Below are positions 49,184 to 59,002 of a DNA stretch of 64,000 bases, in pieces. The position numbers were made by a program, and so were the translations under genes. How positions within the stretch are numbered: position 1 is the first letter of the stretch; each line of letters begins with the position of its first letter. The notes beneath the pieces are model-generated. The model did not search any database. It had not been told where the DNA came from and saw only the letters and a program-made list of their open reading frames with translations. The stretch comes from an uncultured Actinomycetes bacterium (GTDB lineage: Bacteria; Actinomycetota; UBA4738; HRBIN12), in assembly GCA_963704725.1 (NCBI GenBank), contig OY969934.1, positions 3,296,001-3,360,000 of the forward strand, read 5' to 3'.

Positions 49184-50677
49184 TCAACCGCTCTCGGGGC
49201 GGTGGTGCGGGAACAGGATCAGGTCCCGGAGGGACGGGGCGTCCGTCAGCACCATCAGGAGCCGGTCGATCCCGATGCCGATGCCGCCCGCGGGGGGCAT
49301 CCCGTGCTCGAGCGCCGTCAGGAAGTCCTCGTCGAACGGGTGGGTCTCTTCCGCGCCCGCGGCACGCTGGGCGGCCTGGAGCTCGAACTTGGCCCGCTGC
49401 TCGTCGGGATCGGTCAGCTCGCTGAACGCCGTGGCCAGCTCCACGCCGCCGATCACGAGGTCGAAGTGCTCGGTGAGGGCCGGATCGCTCCGGTGGGGCC
49501 GGGCGAGCGGCGAGACCTCGCGCGGGAAGTCACAGACGAACGTCGGCTCCCACAGCGTCGGCTCGACGAGCTTCTCGAACAGCTCCACGGCGACCTTGCC
49601 CGGCCCCCACGCCGGGTCGACGGGGACGCCGTGCCTCTCGGCCAAGGCGGCGAGTTCCGACCCGTCGAGCGTCACCTCCTCGCCCACCGCCTCGGACACG
49701 CTCCCGAGGACGGTGAGGCGCCGCCACTGCGGCGTGAGGTCGAGATCGCGGCCCCTGAACTCGAACACCAGCGAGCCGCGGACGGCGCGCGCCGACGCCA
49801 CGAGGAGCTCCTCGGTCAGGCGCATGACGTCGTGGTAGTCGGCGTATGCCTGGTAGAGCTCGAGCATCGTGAACTCGGGGTTGTGCTCGCGGTCGATGCC
49901 CTCGTTGCGGAAGGTGCGTCCGATCTCGTACACGCGCTCGAGCCCGCCGACGAGCAGGCGCTTCAGGTACAGCTCGAGCGAGATGCGAAGCTTCAGGTCG
50001 ACGTCCAGCACGTTGTGGTGGGTCGTGAAGGGCCGGGCCATGGCGCCCCCCGCGATCCCCTGCAGCACCGGCGTCTCGACCTCGACGAACCCGCGCGCGT
50101 CGAGCTCGGCGCGCAGGGTGCGCAGGAGGGTGGCCCGCGCCATCGCATACCCCCGCGCGGTGGGATCGGTCGCCAGGTGCAGGTACCGCTGGCGCTGCTG
50201 GAGGTCGGGGTCCTTCAGCCCGTGCCACTTCTCGGGCAGGGGCCGGAGCGACTTGGACAGCATGGCCAGTCGGTCCACGAAGATCGACAGCTCGCCGCGG
50301 CGGGTCGTCCCCACGCGCCCGGTCGCGCCGACGACGTCGCCGAGGTCGACCTCCTCCAGGAGCGCGAGGCTCGCCGGGTCCGTGTCCTCGTTGCACACCA
50401 GCTGCAGGTCGCCGGTCCGGTCCCGCAGGACCAGGAACGCGAGCTTGCCCATGTCGCGCTTCAGCATCACCCGTCCGGCGACGGTGCGGCGATCGTTCGA
50501 GATCGTGTCGGGTCCGAGGGAGCGGCCCGCCGCGCGGACGCGCTCGATCGGATCGTGGTCGCGGACGCCGAGGGCCTGCTCGAGGGTGCGCGCGAAGGCG
50601 CGGTCGCCGAGACGCTCACGGCTCCTGCGTCGCGCCCGCAGGACCTCGGCCTCGCGGCCCGTGGCGTCCTCAGGCAT
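49184..50677 (-). CDS. lysS: Lysine--tRNA ligase (class II)
   Basis: PLPEKWHGL, FRNEG, HNPEF, GMPPAGGIGIGIDR. Confidence 0.98.
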   Translation of the reverse strand: MPEDATGREAEVLRARRRSRERLGDRAFARTLEQALGVRDHDPIERVRAAGRSLGPDTISNDRRTVAGRVMLKRDMGKLAFLVLRDRTGDLQLVCNEDTDPASLALLEEVDLGDVVGATGRVGTTRRGELSIFVDRLAMLSKSLRPLPEKWHGLKDPDLQQRQRYLHLATDPTARGYAMARATLLRTLRAELDARGFVEVETPVLQGIAGGAMARPFTTHHNVLDVDLKLRISLELYLKRLLVGGLERVYEIGRTFRNEGIDREHNPEFTMLELYQAYADYHDVMRLTEELLVASARAVRGSLVFEFRGRDLDLTPQWRRLTVLGSVSEAVGEEVTLDGSELAALAERHGVPVDPAWGPGKVAVELFEKLVEPTLWEPTFVCDFPREVSPLARPHRSDPALTEHFDLVIGGVELATAFSELTDPDEQRAKFELQAAQRAAGAEETHPFDEDFLTALEHGMPPAGGIGIGIDRLLMVLTDAPSLRDLILFPHHRPESG

Positions 50678-51455
50678 CGGCGGCGGGACCGACGTTGCGC
50701 TCGAACACGAGCCGGAGGCCCTCGAGCGTGAGCCACGGCTCGACCTCGTCGACGAACTGGCACTGCGGCACGATCAAGGGGGCGAGGCCGCCCGTCGCCA
50801 CGACCGTCGCGCTCCCGCCGAGGTCCTTTCGCATGCGCTCCACCATCCCGTCGGTCTCGGCGGCCGTGCCGAACACGAGGGCCGACTGGATGGCCTCGGT
50901 GGTGTTCTTGCCGATCACTCCGCGCGGGGCCTGGATCTCCACCTGCGGCAGGCGCGCGGTCTCGCGCGAGAGCGCGGCGTTCTTCGTCTGCACGCCCGGC
51001 GCGATCGCGCCGCCGAGGAACTCGCCCTTGTCCGAGACGGCGTCGTACGTCGTCGCGGTGCCGAAGTCGATGACGATGCACGGTCCGCCGTAGCGGTCGT
51101 ACGCCGCGAGCGCGTTCACGACGCGGTCGGCCCCGAGCTCGCGCGGGTTGTCGGTGAGGATCGACAGGCCGGTCCTGGTCCCGGGCTCGACGAGGACGGG
51201 CGGGAAGTTGAAGTAGCGGTGGACCATGTCGCGGAGCGCCCCCGTCGACGTCGGGACCACCGAGCTGATGGCGACGCCGCTGATCTGGTTCGAGAAGGAG
51301 AGGTCGGCCTGCTCGAGGAGGCCGGCGAACAGGACGGCGAGCTCGTCGGCGGTGCGTTCGGGCTCGGTCGAGATCCGCCAGTGGTGTTCGAGCGAGGTCC
51401 CTCGGAACACGCCGAGCATCGTGTTGGTGTTGCCGACGTTCACGGCGAGCAGCAC
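50670..51455 (-). CDS. coaX: Type III pantothenate kinase
   Basis: NVGNTN, SSVVP, LGADR, DFGTATT, ATGG. Confidence 0.96.
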   Translation of the reverse strand: MLLAVNVGNTNTMLGVFRGTSLEHHWRISTEPERTADELAVLFAGLLEQADLSFSNQISGVAISSVVPTSTGALRDMVHRYFNFPPVLVEPGTRTGLSILTDNPRELGADRVVNALAAYDRYGGPCIVIDFGTATTYDAVSDKGEFLGGAIAPGVQTKNAALSRETARLPQVEIQAPRGVIGKNTTEAIQSALVFGTAAETDGMVERMRKDLGGSATVVATGGLAPLIVPQCQFVDEVEPWLTLEGLRLVFERNVGPAADA

Positions 51456-51515
51456 GGTGGTCCCACCTCCTCGGACGGCTCATCCTGCCACGCAGGGGCG
51501 GAGGCCGACACGGGG

Positions 51516-52361
51516 CTACCGGCCGAGGAGCGGGAGGTTGTCGATGAGGCGGACGTCGCCGAACCGTGCAGCGACGAGCGCCCGAGCCGGGCCGTCCACG
51601 ATCGGGACGTCCTCGAACGTCGCCTCGTCGACCACGGCGGCGTAGTCGAGCCGCGCCTCGGGGGTCGCCCCGATCTCGCGCGCCATCGCGGCGACGAGCT
51701 TGGGGCCGTCGCGCTCCCCCGATCTCGCGAGCTCCGCCGCCTCCGAGAGCGCCAGGAACAGACAGCCCGCCGCCTCCCGCTGCTCGGGCGACAGGCGCGC
51801 GTTGCGGGACGACAGCGCCAGCCCGTCGGGCTCACGGACGGTGTGACATCCTGCGATCCCGACCGGGAACGACAGGTCCCCGGCCATGCGACGCACCAGC
51901 GCGAGTTGCTGCGCGTCCTTCTCCCCGAAGTACGCCGTGGAGGGCCCCACCGCGTGGAGCAGCTTGGCCACGACCGTGAGGACCCCTCGGAAATGTCCGG
52001 GCCGGGACGCGCCCTCGAGTCGGTCCCCGAGCGGCCCGGGGTCGACGAGGATCTCCGGCCGGCCGCGCGCGAACATCTCGGCGGCGGGGGGCGCGAAGAC
52101 GAGGTCGACGCCGAGGCGCTCGGCCACCTCGAGGTCGCGCGCCTCGTCCCGGGGGTACGCGGCGAGGTCGCCGGGATCGCCGAACTGCAGGGGGTTCACG
52201 AAGATCGAGAGCACGACCAGGTCGCGCTCGTCGCGGGCCCGACGGAGCAGGGACTCGTGGCCTGGGTGCAAGGCCCCCATCGTCGGCACGAACCCCACGG
52301 AGCGGCCGTGGCTCCGCGCCTCGTCGCACGCCGCGAGCGTTCCGGCGATGGCGCGGATCAC
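51516..52361 (-). CDS. panC: Pantoate--beta-alanine ligase
   Basis: PTMGALH, FVNPLQF, RPGHFRGV, GEKD, SSRN, RLIDN. Confidence 0.97.
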   Translation of the reverse strand: MIRAIAGTLAACDEARSHGRSVGFVPTMGALHPGHESLLRRARDERDLVVLSIFVNPLQFGDPGDLAAYPRDEARDLEVAERLGVDLVFAPPAAEMFARGRPEILVDPGPLGDRLEGASRPGHFRGVLTVVAKLLHAVGPSTAYFGEKDAQQLALVRRMAGDLSFPVGIAGCHTVREPDGLALSSRNARLSPEQREAAGCLFLALSEAAELARSGERDGPKLVAAMAREIGATPEARLDYAAVVDEATFEDVPIVDGPARALVAARFGDVRLIDNLPLLGR

Positions 52362-53221
52362 CTCCACCGGTCGAGGACCTCCTCGACGGCCTCCCGGCCA
52401 CCGGCCGGTAGCCGCCCCGAGCGCTCGGCGAGCTCGAGCGCGAGGTCGGCCAGCGCGACGTAGGACGCGACGGCGGCGGGCGCGTGCTCGGCGAGCGCCG
52501 TCAGGTTCCGCGCGACGGTGCGGGCGTCGCCCCGGACGGCCGGGCCGGTGAGCGCGTCCGCCGGTCCCACGCGGGCGACGTTCGCCAGGGTCGCCTCCTG
52601 GAGCGGGCCGAGCATCGCCGCCGGGTCCTGGACCCCGGCCGCGCCCTCGAGCTCGTGGGCGATCGCCGAGACCGTCACGAGGTAGTTGGACGCGAAGACC
52701 GCGGCGGCGTGGTACAGCGGCTTCATCTCGTCGGCGAGGCGGAACGGACGTCCCCCGGCCTCGAGGGCGAGACGCTCGCCGAGCTCGAGCCCCTCGGGCG
52801 CCTGGGAGCTGATCGCGAACCCCGACCCCGGGATCCGCTCGAGCGCGGCCTCGACGGTGGGGCACGTCTGGAGCGGGTGCAGGGCCAGCGTCGTCGCCCC
52901 GGCGGAGTGGGCGGCGGCCAGCGCATCGAGCCCCGTAGCGCCGGAGACGTGCGCCACGGCCACGCCCGGGCCGAGGACCCCTCCCCGGGCCAGCTCCTCG
53001 CACGCGGCGACGACCGCCGAATCGGGCGTCGCGATCACCACGACCCCCGCATCCCGCGCCGCCTCGGCGTTGCCCAGCACCGGGACCCCCGGCAGGTGCA
53101 CGGCGGCGCGTCCGCGCGTGGCCGCGCCACCCGACACGCCGACGATCCGGTGCCCGGCACGGCGCCACAGGACCGCGAGGGCGGTCCCCACGCGTCCCGC
53201 ACCGATCACCGCCAGATCCAC
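52358..53221 (-). CDS. panG: Rossmann-like + DUF2520 protein (PanG-type ketopantoate reductase)
   Basis: GAGRVG, HVSGA, HPLQT, YHAAAVFASN, LTGPAVRGD; coupled to panC. Confidence 0.85.
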   Translation of the reverse strand: MDLAVIGAGRVGTALAVLWRRAGHRIVGVSGGAATRGRAAVHLPGVPVLGNAEAARDAGVVVIATPDSAVVAACEELARGGVLGPGVAVAHVSGATGLDALAAAHSAGATTLALHPLQTCPTVEAALERIPGSGFAISSQAPEGLELGERLALEAGGRPFRLADEMKPLYHAAAVFASNYLVTVSAIAHELEGAAGVQDPAAMLGPLQEATLANVARVGPADALTGPAVRGDARTVARNLTALAEHAPAAVASYVALADLALELAERSGRLPAGGREAVEEVLDRWR

Positions 53222-53238
53222 GCGGCGCAGTATCCCGC

Positions 53239-54360
53239 TCAGGGAACCCAGACGACGGGGCCGACCGGCGGCGGCGCGCCGGGCGGAAGCCGGATCGGGA
53301 GCACCTCAGACCCCCTCACCTCCAGGATCCGACCCGGTCCCGCCGTGAACAGCCGGCCCTCGCCATCGAACGTGGCGTCGGAGAGCAGCGAGAACGGGGT
53401 GTTCGCGCGGGGTGGGACGGGGAAGGCCGTTCCCGCCGGCACGTCCACCACCCAGATCCCCTCGTCGTCCCCGAGCCGGCCGTCCACGGCCACGTACCGG
53501 CCGTCGAACGTGGTCGCAAGGACGCTCCCGGCCAGCTGCGAGCCGGTGACGATCGGCCGGAGGGCGCCGCCGCCCGGCCAGACCAGCAGGCGCGAACCAC
53601 GAGCCGCGATGAGCTGCACGCCGCTCGGTCCAAGCGCGACGACGCCCTGGAACAGCTCGTCGGCGCCGTCCGGGCGCAGGACGAACACCCGCCGCTGCCC
53701 CTCGCGGAGCACCGTGACGACCGGGTCCGGCCCGTAGAGCATCACGTTGGTCAGACGGCCGCAGGGCAGCTGCTCGAAACGGGCGCCGGCCGGCGTCGGG
53801 TAGATCTCGACCGTTCGCAGCCGGTACGACGGCTCCTCGCACCCCGGCGAACGCCCGGCGGCGGCGTCCGCCAGCAGCAGCGTGTTCCCGTCCGAGGAGA
53901 GCGCGACGAGGTCGGCACGTCCGATCTCGAGCGGTTCCGCGGTGGCCCCCAGGTCGGGGAAGAGGTAGGCGAAGGATCTGGGGCCGTGTCGCAACAGGAT
54001 CGGCCAGGCCCGCTGCGGACCCGCCGCCAGCAGCTCGTACGGCCCTCCGGCGTTCGGGAAGCGCGGGCCCTGGGACACGAAGCCCGTCGCCACGTCGAGC
54101 ACCCACAGCCGCTGGCGGTCGGGCCGGCCGGGCTCGTCGGCGACGTAGACCAGTCGTCCCGACAGCCCGGCGAATGTCATCGGCGGCGACGGGTCGCCGA
54201 GCGAGCCGGTCGGGCCGATCGCACCCGTCACCGGGCCGTCCGTGGCGAGCAGCCCGGACACGAGCGGGAGCGCGGCGAGCAGGGCGAGGCCCAGCCCACC
54301 CGCGATCAGCGCCCGCCCCCGACGGGCCCGACCCTCGACGAGCTCGTCGCCCTCGCTCAT
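53239..54360 (-). CDS. Membrane-anchored hypothetical protein (possible beta-propeller)
   Basis: N-terminal TM; LWVLD, SSDG, FDGRY, IWVVD blade-like motifs; ATGA coupling with folK. Confidence 0.65.
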   Translation of the reverse strand: MSEGDELVEGRARRGRALIAGGLGLALLAALPLVSGLLATDGPVTGAIGPTGSLGDPSPPMTFAGLSGRLVYVADEPGRPDRQRLWVLDVATGFVSQGPRFPNAGGPYELLAAGPQRAWPILLRHGPRSFAYLFPDLGATAEPLEIGRADLVALSSDGNTLLLADAAAGRSPGCEEPSYRLRTVEIYPTPAGARFEQLPCGRLTNVMLYGPDPVVTVLREGQRRVFVLRPDGADELFQGVVALGPSGVQLIAARGSRLLVWPGGGALRPIVTGSQLAGSVLATTFDGRYVAVDGRLGDDEGIWVVDVPAGTAFPVPPRANTPFSLLSDATFDGEGRLFTAGPGRILEVRGSEVLPIRLPPGAPPPVGPVVWVP

Positions 54361-54860
54361 CGTCGGGTTCGGAGCGGCGGCGCGAAGGGCACCACGCCGA
54401 GCACCGCCCCCGGCGAGAGCCGGAGCGTCGAGAGCGACCGTCCGCCCGGCAGCATCGGGTCCGCGTCGAGCTCACGCAGGGGAATCAGGACGAACCCACG
54501 CTCGTGCATGCGGGGATGCGGGATCGTCAGGTCCGGCTCGTCCACCTGGAGATCGTCGTACGTGAGGACGTCGACGTCGAGGGAGCGCGGGCCCCATCGC
54601 TCGGCACGAACCCGGCCGAGCTCTGCCTCGACGGCCAGGCAGGCCTCGAGGAGGGCGCGTGGCTCGAGGTCGGTGCGCACCTCGAGCACGGCGTTCAGGT
54701 AGGCGGGCTGCGGCGGGCCGACCGGCTCGGTCTCGTACACGCGGGAGGACCGGATCACCTCGATCCCGGGGCGGGCATCCAGGACCCGGGCGGCCCGACG
54801 GAGCGTCTCGAGCCGATCGCCGAGGTTCGAGCCCAGCGCGAGGTAGGCCGCGACGGCCAT
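54357..54860 (-). CDS. folK: 6-hydroxymethyl-7,8-dihydropterin pyrophosphokinase
   Basis: ALGSNLGD, YETEP, WGPRSLDVD, PHPRMHER. Confidence 0.97.
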   Translation of the reverse strand: MAVAAYLALGSNLGDRLETLRRAARVLDARPGIEVIRSSRVYETEPVGPPQPAYLNAVLEVRTDLEPRALLEACLAVEAELGRVRAERWGPRSLDVDVLTYDDLQVDEPDLTIPHPRMHERGFVLIPLRELDADPMLPGGRSLSTLRLSPGAVLGVVPFAPPLRTRR

Positions 54861-54870
54861 CGGCCGGCGC

Positions 54871-55227
54871 TCAGCCGCCGCGCTCGACGGTCGCCGCGGC
54901 GGCGACGCCCTGCACGTCGCTCGAGGCAGCGGCGGCCGGCTTGTGCACGATCGCCGTCGCGCGGACAACGCCCTCTGAGGCCACCACGGCGCGAGCCACG
55001 GCGGCCGCGAGGCTCTCGAGCAGGTCGAACCGCTCGCCCTCCACCGTGGCTCGCGCCGCGGCGATCAGGCGCCGGTAGTCGGCCGCCCGGGACAGGTCGT
55101 CGCCCGAGACGTCGACCTCCACGTCCAGATCCACGACGAACGCCTGCGCCCGGTCCTGCTCGCCGGGGTTCGCGCCGTGGTGCCCCTCGGCGCCGATCCC
55201 CGTCAGGAACAACCGTGACGAGCTCAC
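54871..55227 (-). CDS. folB: Dihydroneopterin aldolase
   Basis: GHHG..PGE..Q.FVVD, DDL..ADY, LLESLA, HKP. Confidence 0.92.
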   Translation of the reverse strand: MSSSRLFLTGIGAEGHHGANPGEQDRAQAFVVDLDVEVDVSGDDLSRAADYRRLIAAARATVEGERFDLLESLAAAVARAVVASEGVVRATAIVHKPAAAASSDVQGVAAAATVERGG

Positions 55228-56120
55228 TCCTCCTCGCCTCCCTCTCCGGGCGGGCGGCGACCGAGGTACACGGTCACCGGGCCCGTCTCGTGCCGGTGCT
55301 CCACCTTCAGGTACTGGGAGCGGAGCCATTGGAAGATCAGCGGCGCGACGGTCTCGGGGGCGTCCTCGAGCAGGAAGTGCCCGCACCCCGGCAGGAGCGC
55401 GACCGAGGCGCGATCGATCGCGTCGCCGAGCCGTTCGGCCAGGCCGGATGAGACGAACGCGTCGTCCTCGCCCCACAGCACGAACACCGGGATCTCGGCC
55501 CGGGCCATCGACGCCTCGGCATCTCGCAACTCCGGCTCGCCCTCGGCCGACGCCGCCCGGACGAACGCCGCGGCGCCGTCCTCGCCCCGGAAGGGCCGGA
55601 GGTACTCGTCGAGCTCCGCCTCCGAGAGCCGCTCCCGGTGCGACATGCCGCGGTCGAACAGACGCCTCATCAGGGCCTCCACCTGCGCCCGCCCGGTCCC
55701 CGGACCGACGTCGCCGGCGAAGGGCCGGGGCCAGGCCTCGAAGGCGAACGCGTCGACGAGCACGAGCCCCTCGACCGGCCGGGCGACGGCCAGACGCATG
55801 GCGACCGCGGCGCCGGCGCCGTGGCCGGCCGCCGCAACGCGCTCGATCTCCAGACGTTCCAGGAGCTCCGCGACGGCATCCACCCGCCCGCCGAGCGACA
55901 GTCCGGCCTCCGCGAACGCCCCGGAGTCGCCGTGCCCGGGCAGATCGGGCGCGACCACGCGGAACCACGGCGAGAGCAGCGGGACGAGCTGCCGCCACAG
56001 GAAGGACGAGGTCAGGTCGCCGTGGAGCAGGAGGACGGCCGGCGTCTCGGGATCGCCGGCGTCCACGAACGCGAGCTCCCCTGCCGAGACCCCGACGCGG
56101 CGCTTCTCGGTCCCGCTCAC
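55224..56120 (-). CDS. Alpha/beta hydrolase fold protein (nucleophile position is Gly)
   Basis: LLHG..SSFLW, APDLPGHG, GHGAG elbow, WGEDD, GHFL. Confidence 0.85.
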   Translation of the reverse strand: MSGTEKRRVGVSAGELAFVDAGDPETPAVLLLHGDLTSSFLWRQLVPLLSPWFRVVAPDLPGHGDSGAFAEAGLSLGGRVDAVAELLERLEIERVAAAGHGAGAAVAMRLAVARPVEGLVLVDAFAFEAWPRPFAGDVGPGTGRAQVEALMRRLFDRGMSHRERLSEAELDEYLRPFRGEDGAAAFVRAASAEGEPELRDAEASMARAEIPVFVLWGEDDAFVSSGLAERLGDAIDRASVALLPGCGHFLLEDAPETVAPLIFQWLRSQYLKVEHRHETGPVTVYLGRRPPGEGGEEE

Positions 56121-56965
56121 GCCCCGGATCCGGCGATCGCGTCGAGCACCCTGACGGCGCGTACGACCTCGCGGACGTCGTGCACGCGGACGATGTTCGC
56201 GCCGTGGTCGACGGCCCACGCCACCGCGGCGATCGTCCCCTCGACGCGCTGGTCCTCGGGCAGATCGAGGATCGTCCCGAGGAACCGCTTCCGTGACGGC
56301 CCCACCAGCACCGGCCGGCCGAGGCCGACGATGGCGTCGATCCGTCGCAGCAGCTCGAGGTTGTGCCGGAGGTCCTTGCCGAATCCGATCCCCGGATCGA
56401 CCACGATCCGCTCCGGATCGATCCCTGCCAGCTCCGCCGCCTCGACCCGCCCGCGCAGATACTCGCGGACCTCGCCGACCACGTCGTCGTAGGCGGGAGC
56501 CTCCTGCATCGTCTTCGGCTCGCCCTTCATGTGCATCAGGACGAGCGCCGCCCCGCGCTCGCGCACCAGCTCGAACATCGCCGGGTCCGAGCCGGAGGAG
56601 ACGTCGTTCACGATGGTGGCGCCCGCGTCGAGTGCGGCGGCCGCGACCGAGGCCTTTCGCGTGTCGATCGAGATGGGCATGTCGGGGAGGCGCTCCGCGA
56701 GCCGGGCGATGACGGGGACGACCCGGGCGGCCTCCTGGTCGGCCGTCACGGGGTCCGAGCCGGGCCTGGTCGACTCGCCGCCGACGTCGACGACGTCGGC
56801 TCCGCCGTCCGCGAGCTCCACCCCGTGGTGCAGCGCGTCCTCGACTCCGAGGAACCGGCCGCCGTCCGAGAAGGAGTCGGGCGTGACGTTCAGGACCCCC
56901 ATGACGACCGTGCGGCTGGAGCAGTCGAACGCCCCATCGCCGACGCACCACCGCAACGGCGCCAT
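56117..56965 (-). CDS. folP: Dihydropteroate synthase
   Basis: NVTPDSFSDGG, GGESTRP, DPGIGFGK, SRKRF, RVHDV. Confidence 0.98.
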   Translation of the reverse strand: MAPLRWCVGDGAFDCSSRTVVMGVLNVTPDSFSDGGRFLGVEDALHHGVELADGGADVVDVGGESTRPGSDPVTADQEAARVVPVIARLAERLPDMPISIDTRKASVAAAALDAGATIVNDVSSGSDPAMFELVRERGAALVLMHMKGEPKTMQEAPAYDDVVGEVREYLRGRVEAAELAGIDPERIVVDPGIGFGKDLRHNLELLRRIDAIVGLGRPVLVGPSRKRFLGTILDLPEDQRVEGTIAAVAWAVDHGANIVRVHDVREVVRAVRVLDAIAGSGA

Positions 56966-56987
56966 GCGCGCCATCGTATCGGCGGAC

Positions 56988-57398
56988 TCAGGCCACCGTG
57001 AACGTGGTGTGCATGCCGAGCGCGTAGTGACCGGGCAGGTTGCAGATCACGGCGTAGGTGCCGGGCTCGAGATCGAGGGTCAGCGTCGCCGAGGTCCCGG
57101 GAGCGAGGTCCTCGACCTCGTCGACGGGGTCGAGCAGGTCGTCGGCCGGCACCGTCGTCCCCTCCGCGGGAAGCGCGTTCGCGTCGACGCCCTCCGGCAC
57201 GCGCAGGATCTCGAACTCGTGGGTCACGGTCCCCTCGTTCGTCCCTTCGAAGGTGTGCTCGCCCGCCGGGAGCGAGCCGTCTGACACCGTGATCCCGTCA
57301 TCTCGGACCGTCACCGAGACGTCCGCATCGGCTCCGCTGCAGGCGGCGGCCACCAGACCCAGCCCGACGAGCGCCGGCGCGAACGATCGAGCCCTCAT
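56988..57398 (-). CDS. Cupredoxin lipoprotein (EfeO/sulfocyanin-like)
   Basis: Lipobox LVAAAC; HEF; CNLPGHYALGM type-1 Cu ligands. Confidence 0.85.
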   Translation of the reverse strand: MRARSFAPALVGLGLVAAACSGADADVSVTVRDDGITVSDGSLPAGEHTFEGTNEGTVTHEFEILRVPEGVDANALPAEGTTVPADDLLDPVDEVEDLAPGTSATLTLDLEPGTYAVICNLPGHYALGMHTTFTVA

Positions 57399-57423
57399 CC
57401 CGCCTCCTCGAGATCGGCGAACG

Positions 57424-58260
57424 TCAGGCCACGACGGGTGCCGGTTGCATCCGTCGCGGCCGCTGCGGCCACAGGACGAACAGACCCATGGGGATCGCGT
57501 ACACGAGCCAGACGACGACCTCGGCCACGGTCGGAACGGGCTGGAGGCCGAGCATCCCGGTCAGCAGCGACGCGCGCACGGATCCGGGGCTGACGAGCCA
57601 GGAGATGTCGAGCGCCGTTCCCTGGCCCACGGAGACGGCACCGGCTTCGGCCAGGGAGTGGACCGCGGTGGCGAGGAGCCCCGCCGCCACCAGCACGAGG
57701 ACGAACCCGGTGATGCGGAAGAACCGAGACAGGTTGATCCGGACCCCGCCCTTGTAGATCGCGTACCCGAGCCCGATCGCCACCACCACGCCGAGCGTCG
57801 CACCGGTGCCCGTAGCGGCCGGGCTCGAGGAGCTCTGGAAGGCGGCGAGCATGAAGATCGCCGTCTCGAGACCCTCCCGCAGGACCGCGAGGAACGCCAT
57901 CCCGGCCAGCGCGAGCGCCGATCCGACGACGAGCGCCCGCTGCGCGTGGTCCTCGAGCCGCCCCTTCAGCTCGCGGGAGTGGCGGCGCATCCACACGACC
58001 ATGTAGGTGACGCCGGCCACGGCGACGAGCGCGAGCGTCCCCTCCATAGCCTCTCGCTGCTTCAGCGGGAGCGACTCACCGATCACCCGGAGCGCGACCG
58101 CCACCGAGACGCAGATGGCGAGGGCCACCCCCACCCCGATCCACATCGGCCGGAGCGCGCGCCGCTCGCCGCGCTGCATGAGGAACGCCGCGATGATCCC
58201 GACGATGAGCGAGGCCTCGATCCCCTCTCGAAGCCCGATCACGAACGTTGGGAGCAGCAT
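57424..58260 (-). CDS. efeU: FTR1/EfeU family iron permease
   Basis: Two REGxE motifs (LREGIEA, LREGLET); ~7 TM. Confidence 0.92.
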   Translation of the reverse strand: MLLPTFVIGLREGIEASLIVGIIAAFLMQRGERRALRPMWIGVGVALAICVSVAVALRVIGESLPLKQREAMEGTLALVAVAGVTYMVVWMRRHSRELKGRLEDHAQRALVVGSALALAGMAFLAVLREGLETAIFMLAAFQSSSSPAATGTGATLGVVVAIGLGYAIYKGGVRINLSRFFRITGFVLVLVAAGLLATAVHSLAEAGAVSVGQGTALDISWLVSPGSVRASLLTGMLGLQPVPTVAEVVVWLVYAIPMGLFVLWPQRPRRMQPAPVVA

Positions 58261-58305
58261 CCCGTTCCCTCCTGCCGAACCCTTCCGGCGCCGTCGCCAA
58301 CCCGA

Positions 58306-58355
58306 ATCCTACTCAAGCGATCGGATTCCAGTCAATCTCGTTCGGTACCGAACGA
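58306..58355 (-). promoter_or_regulatory. Promoter of efeU with adjacent perfect 18-bp palindrome
   Basis: TTGACT-N18-TAGGAT; TCGTTCGGTACCGAACGA at 58338-58355. Confidence 0.6.
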
Positions 58356-58430
58356 TGTGCTCTGACCTGCGGGAATGAAGCTCGCGTCGCGAAACCCCCG
58401 GATTAGACCCCTCTAAGCGAGAGGACCCGG

Positions 58431-59000
58431 CTACCTGCCGATGAGGCTGATGGCCTCCTGGCGGGTGCGCTCGTCCGAGCGGAAGAGCCCGCGCACGGCC
58501 GAGGTCACCGTCCGCGAGCCGGGCTTCTTGACGCCGCGCATCGTCATGCACAGATGCTCGGCATCGATGACGACGAAGACGCCTCGCGGCTGCAGCGTCT
58601 GGTCGAGCACGTCGGCGATCTGCGTGGTGAGCCGCTCCTGGACCTGCAACCGCTTGGCGAGGACGTCGACCACGCGGGCGATCTTGGACAGGCCCGTGAT
58701 GCGCCCGTCCTTGTTCGGGATGTAGGCGACGTGCGCCTTGCCGTTGAACGGGAGCATGTGGTGCTCGCACAGCGCCGTGAGCGGGATGTCCTTGACCATG
58801 ATCATCTCGTCGAAGTCCGCGCCGGGCACCACGGTAACGATCGGCGTGGGATCGACGCCGATGCCGGCGAGGATCTCCTCGTACATATCGGCAACGCGCC
58901 GCGGCGTGTCCCGGACGCCGTCGCGATCGGGGTCGTCGCCGACGCCCTCCAGGATGAGCCGGACGGCCTGCTCGATCTTGTCCCGGTCGATCGCCGCCAC
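58431..59000 (-). CDS. folE: GTP cyclohydrolase I
   Basis: [33 protein letters not shown]. Confidence 0.98.
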   Translation of the reverse strand: MAAIDRDKIEQAVRLILEGVGDDPDRDGVRDTPRRVADMYEEILAGIGVDPTPIVTVVPGADFDEMIMVKDIPLTALCEHHMLPFNGKAHVAYIPNKDGRITGLSKIARVVDVLAKRLQVQERLTTQIADVLDQTLQPRGVFVVIDAEHLCMTMRGVKKPGSRTVTSAVRGLFRSDERTRQEAISLIGR

Positions 59001-59002
59001 GG

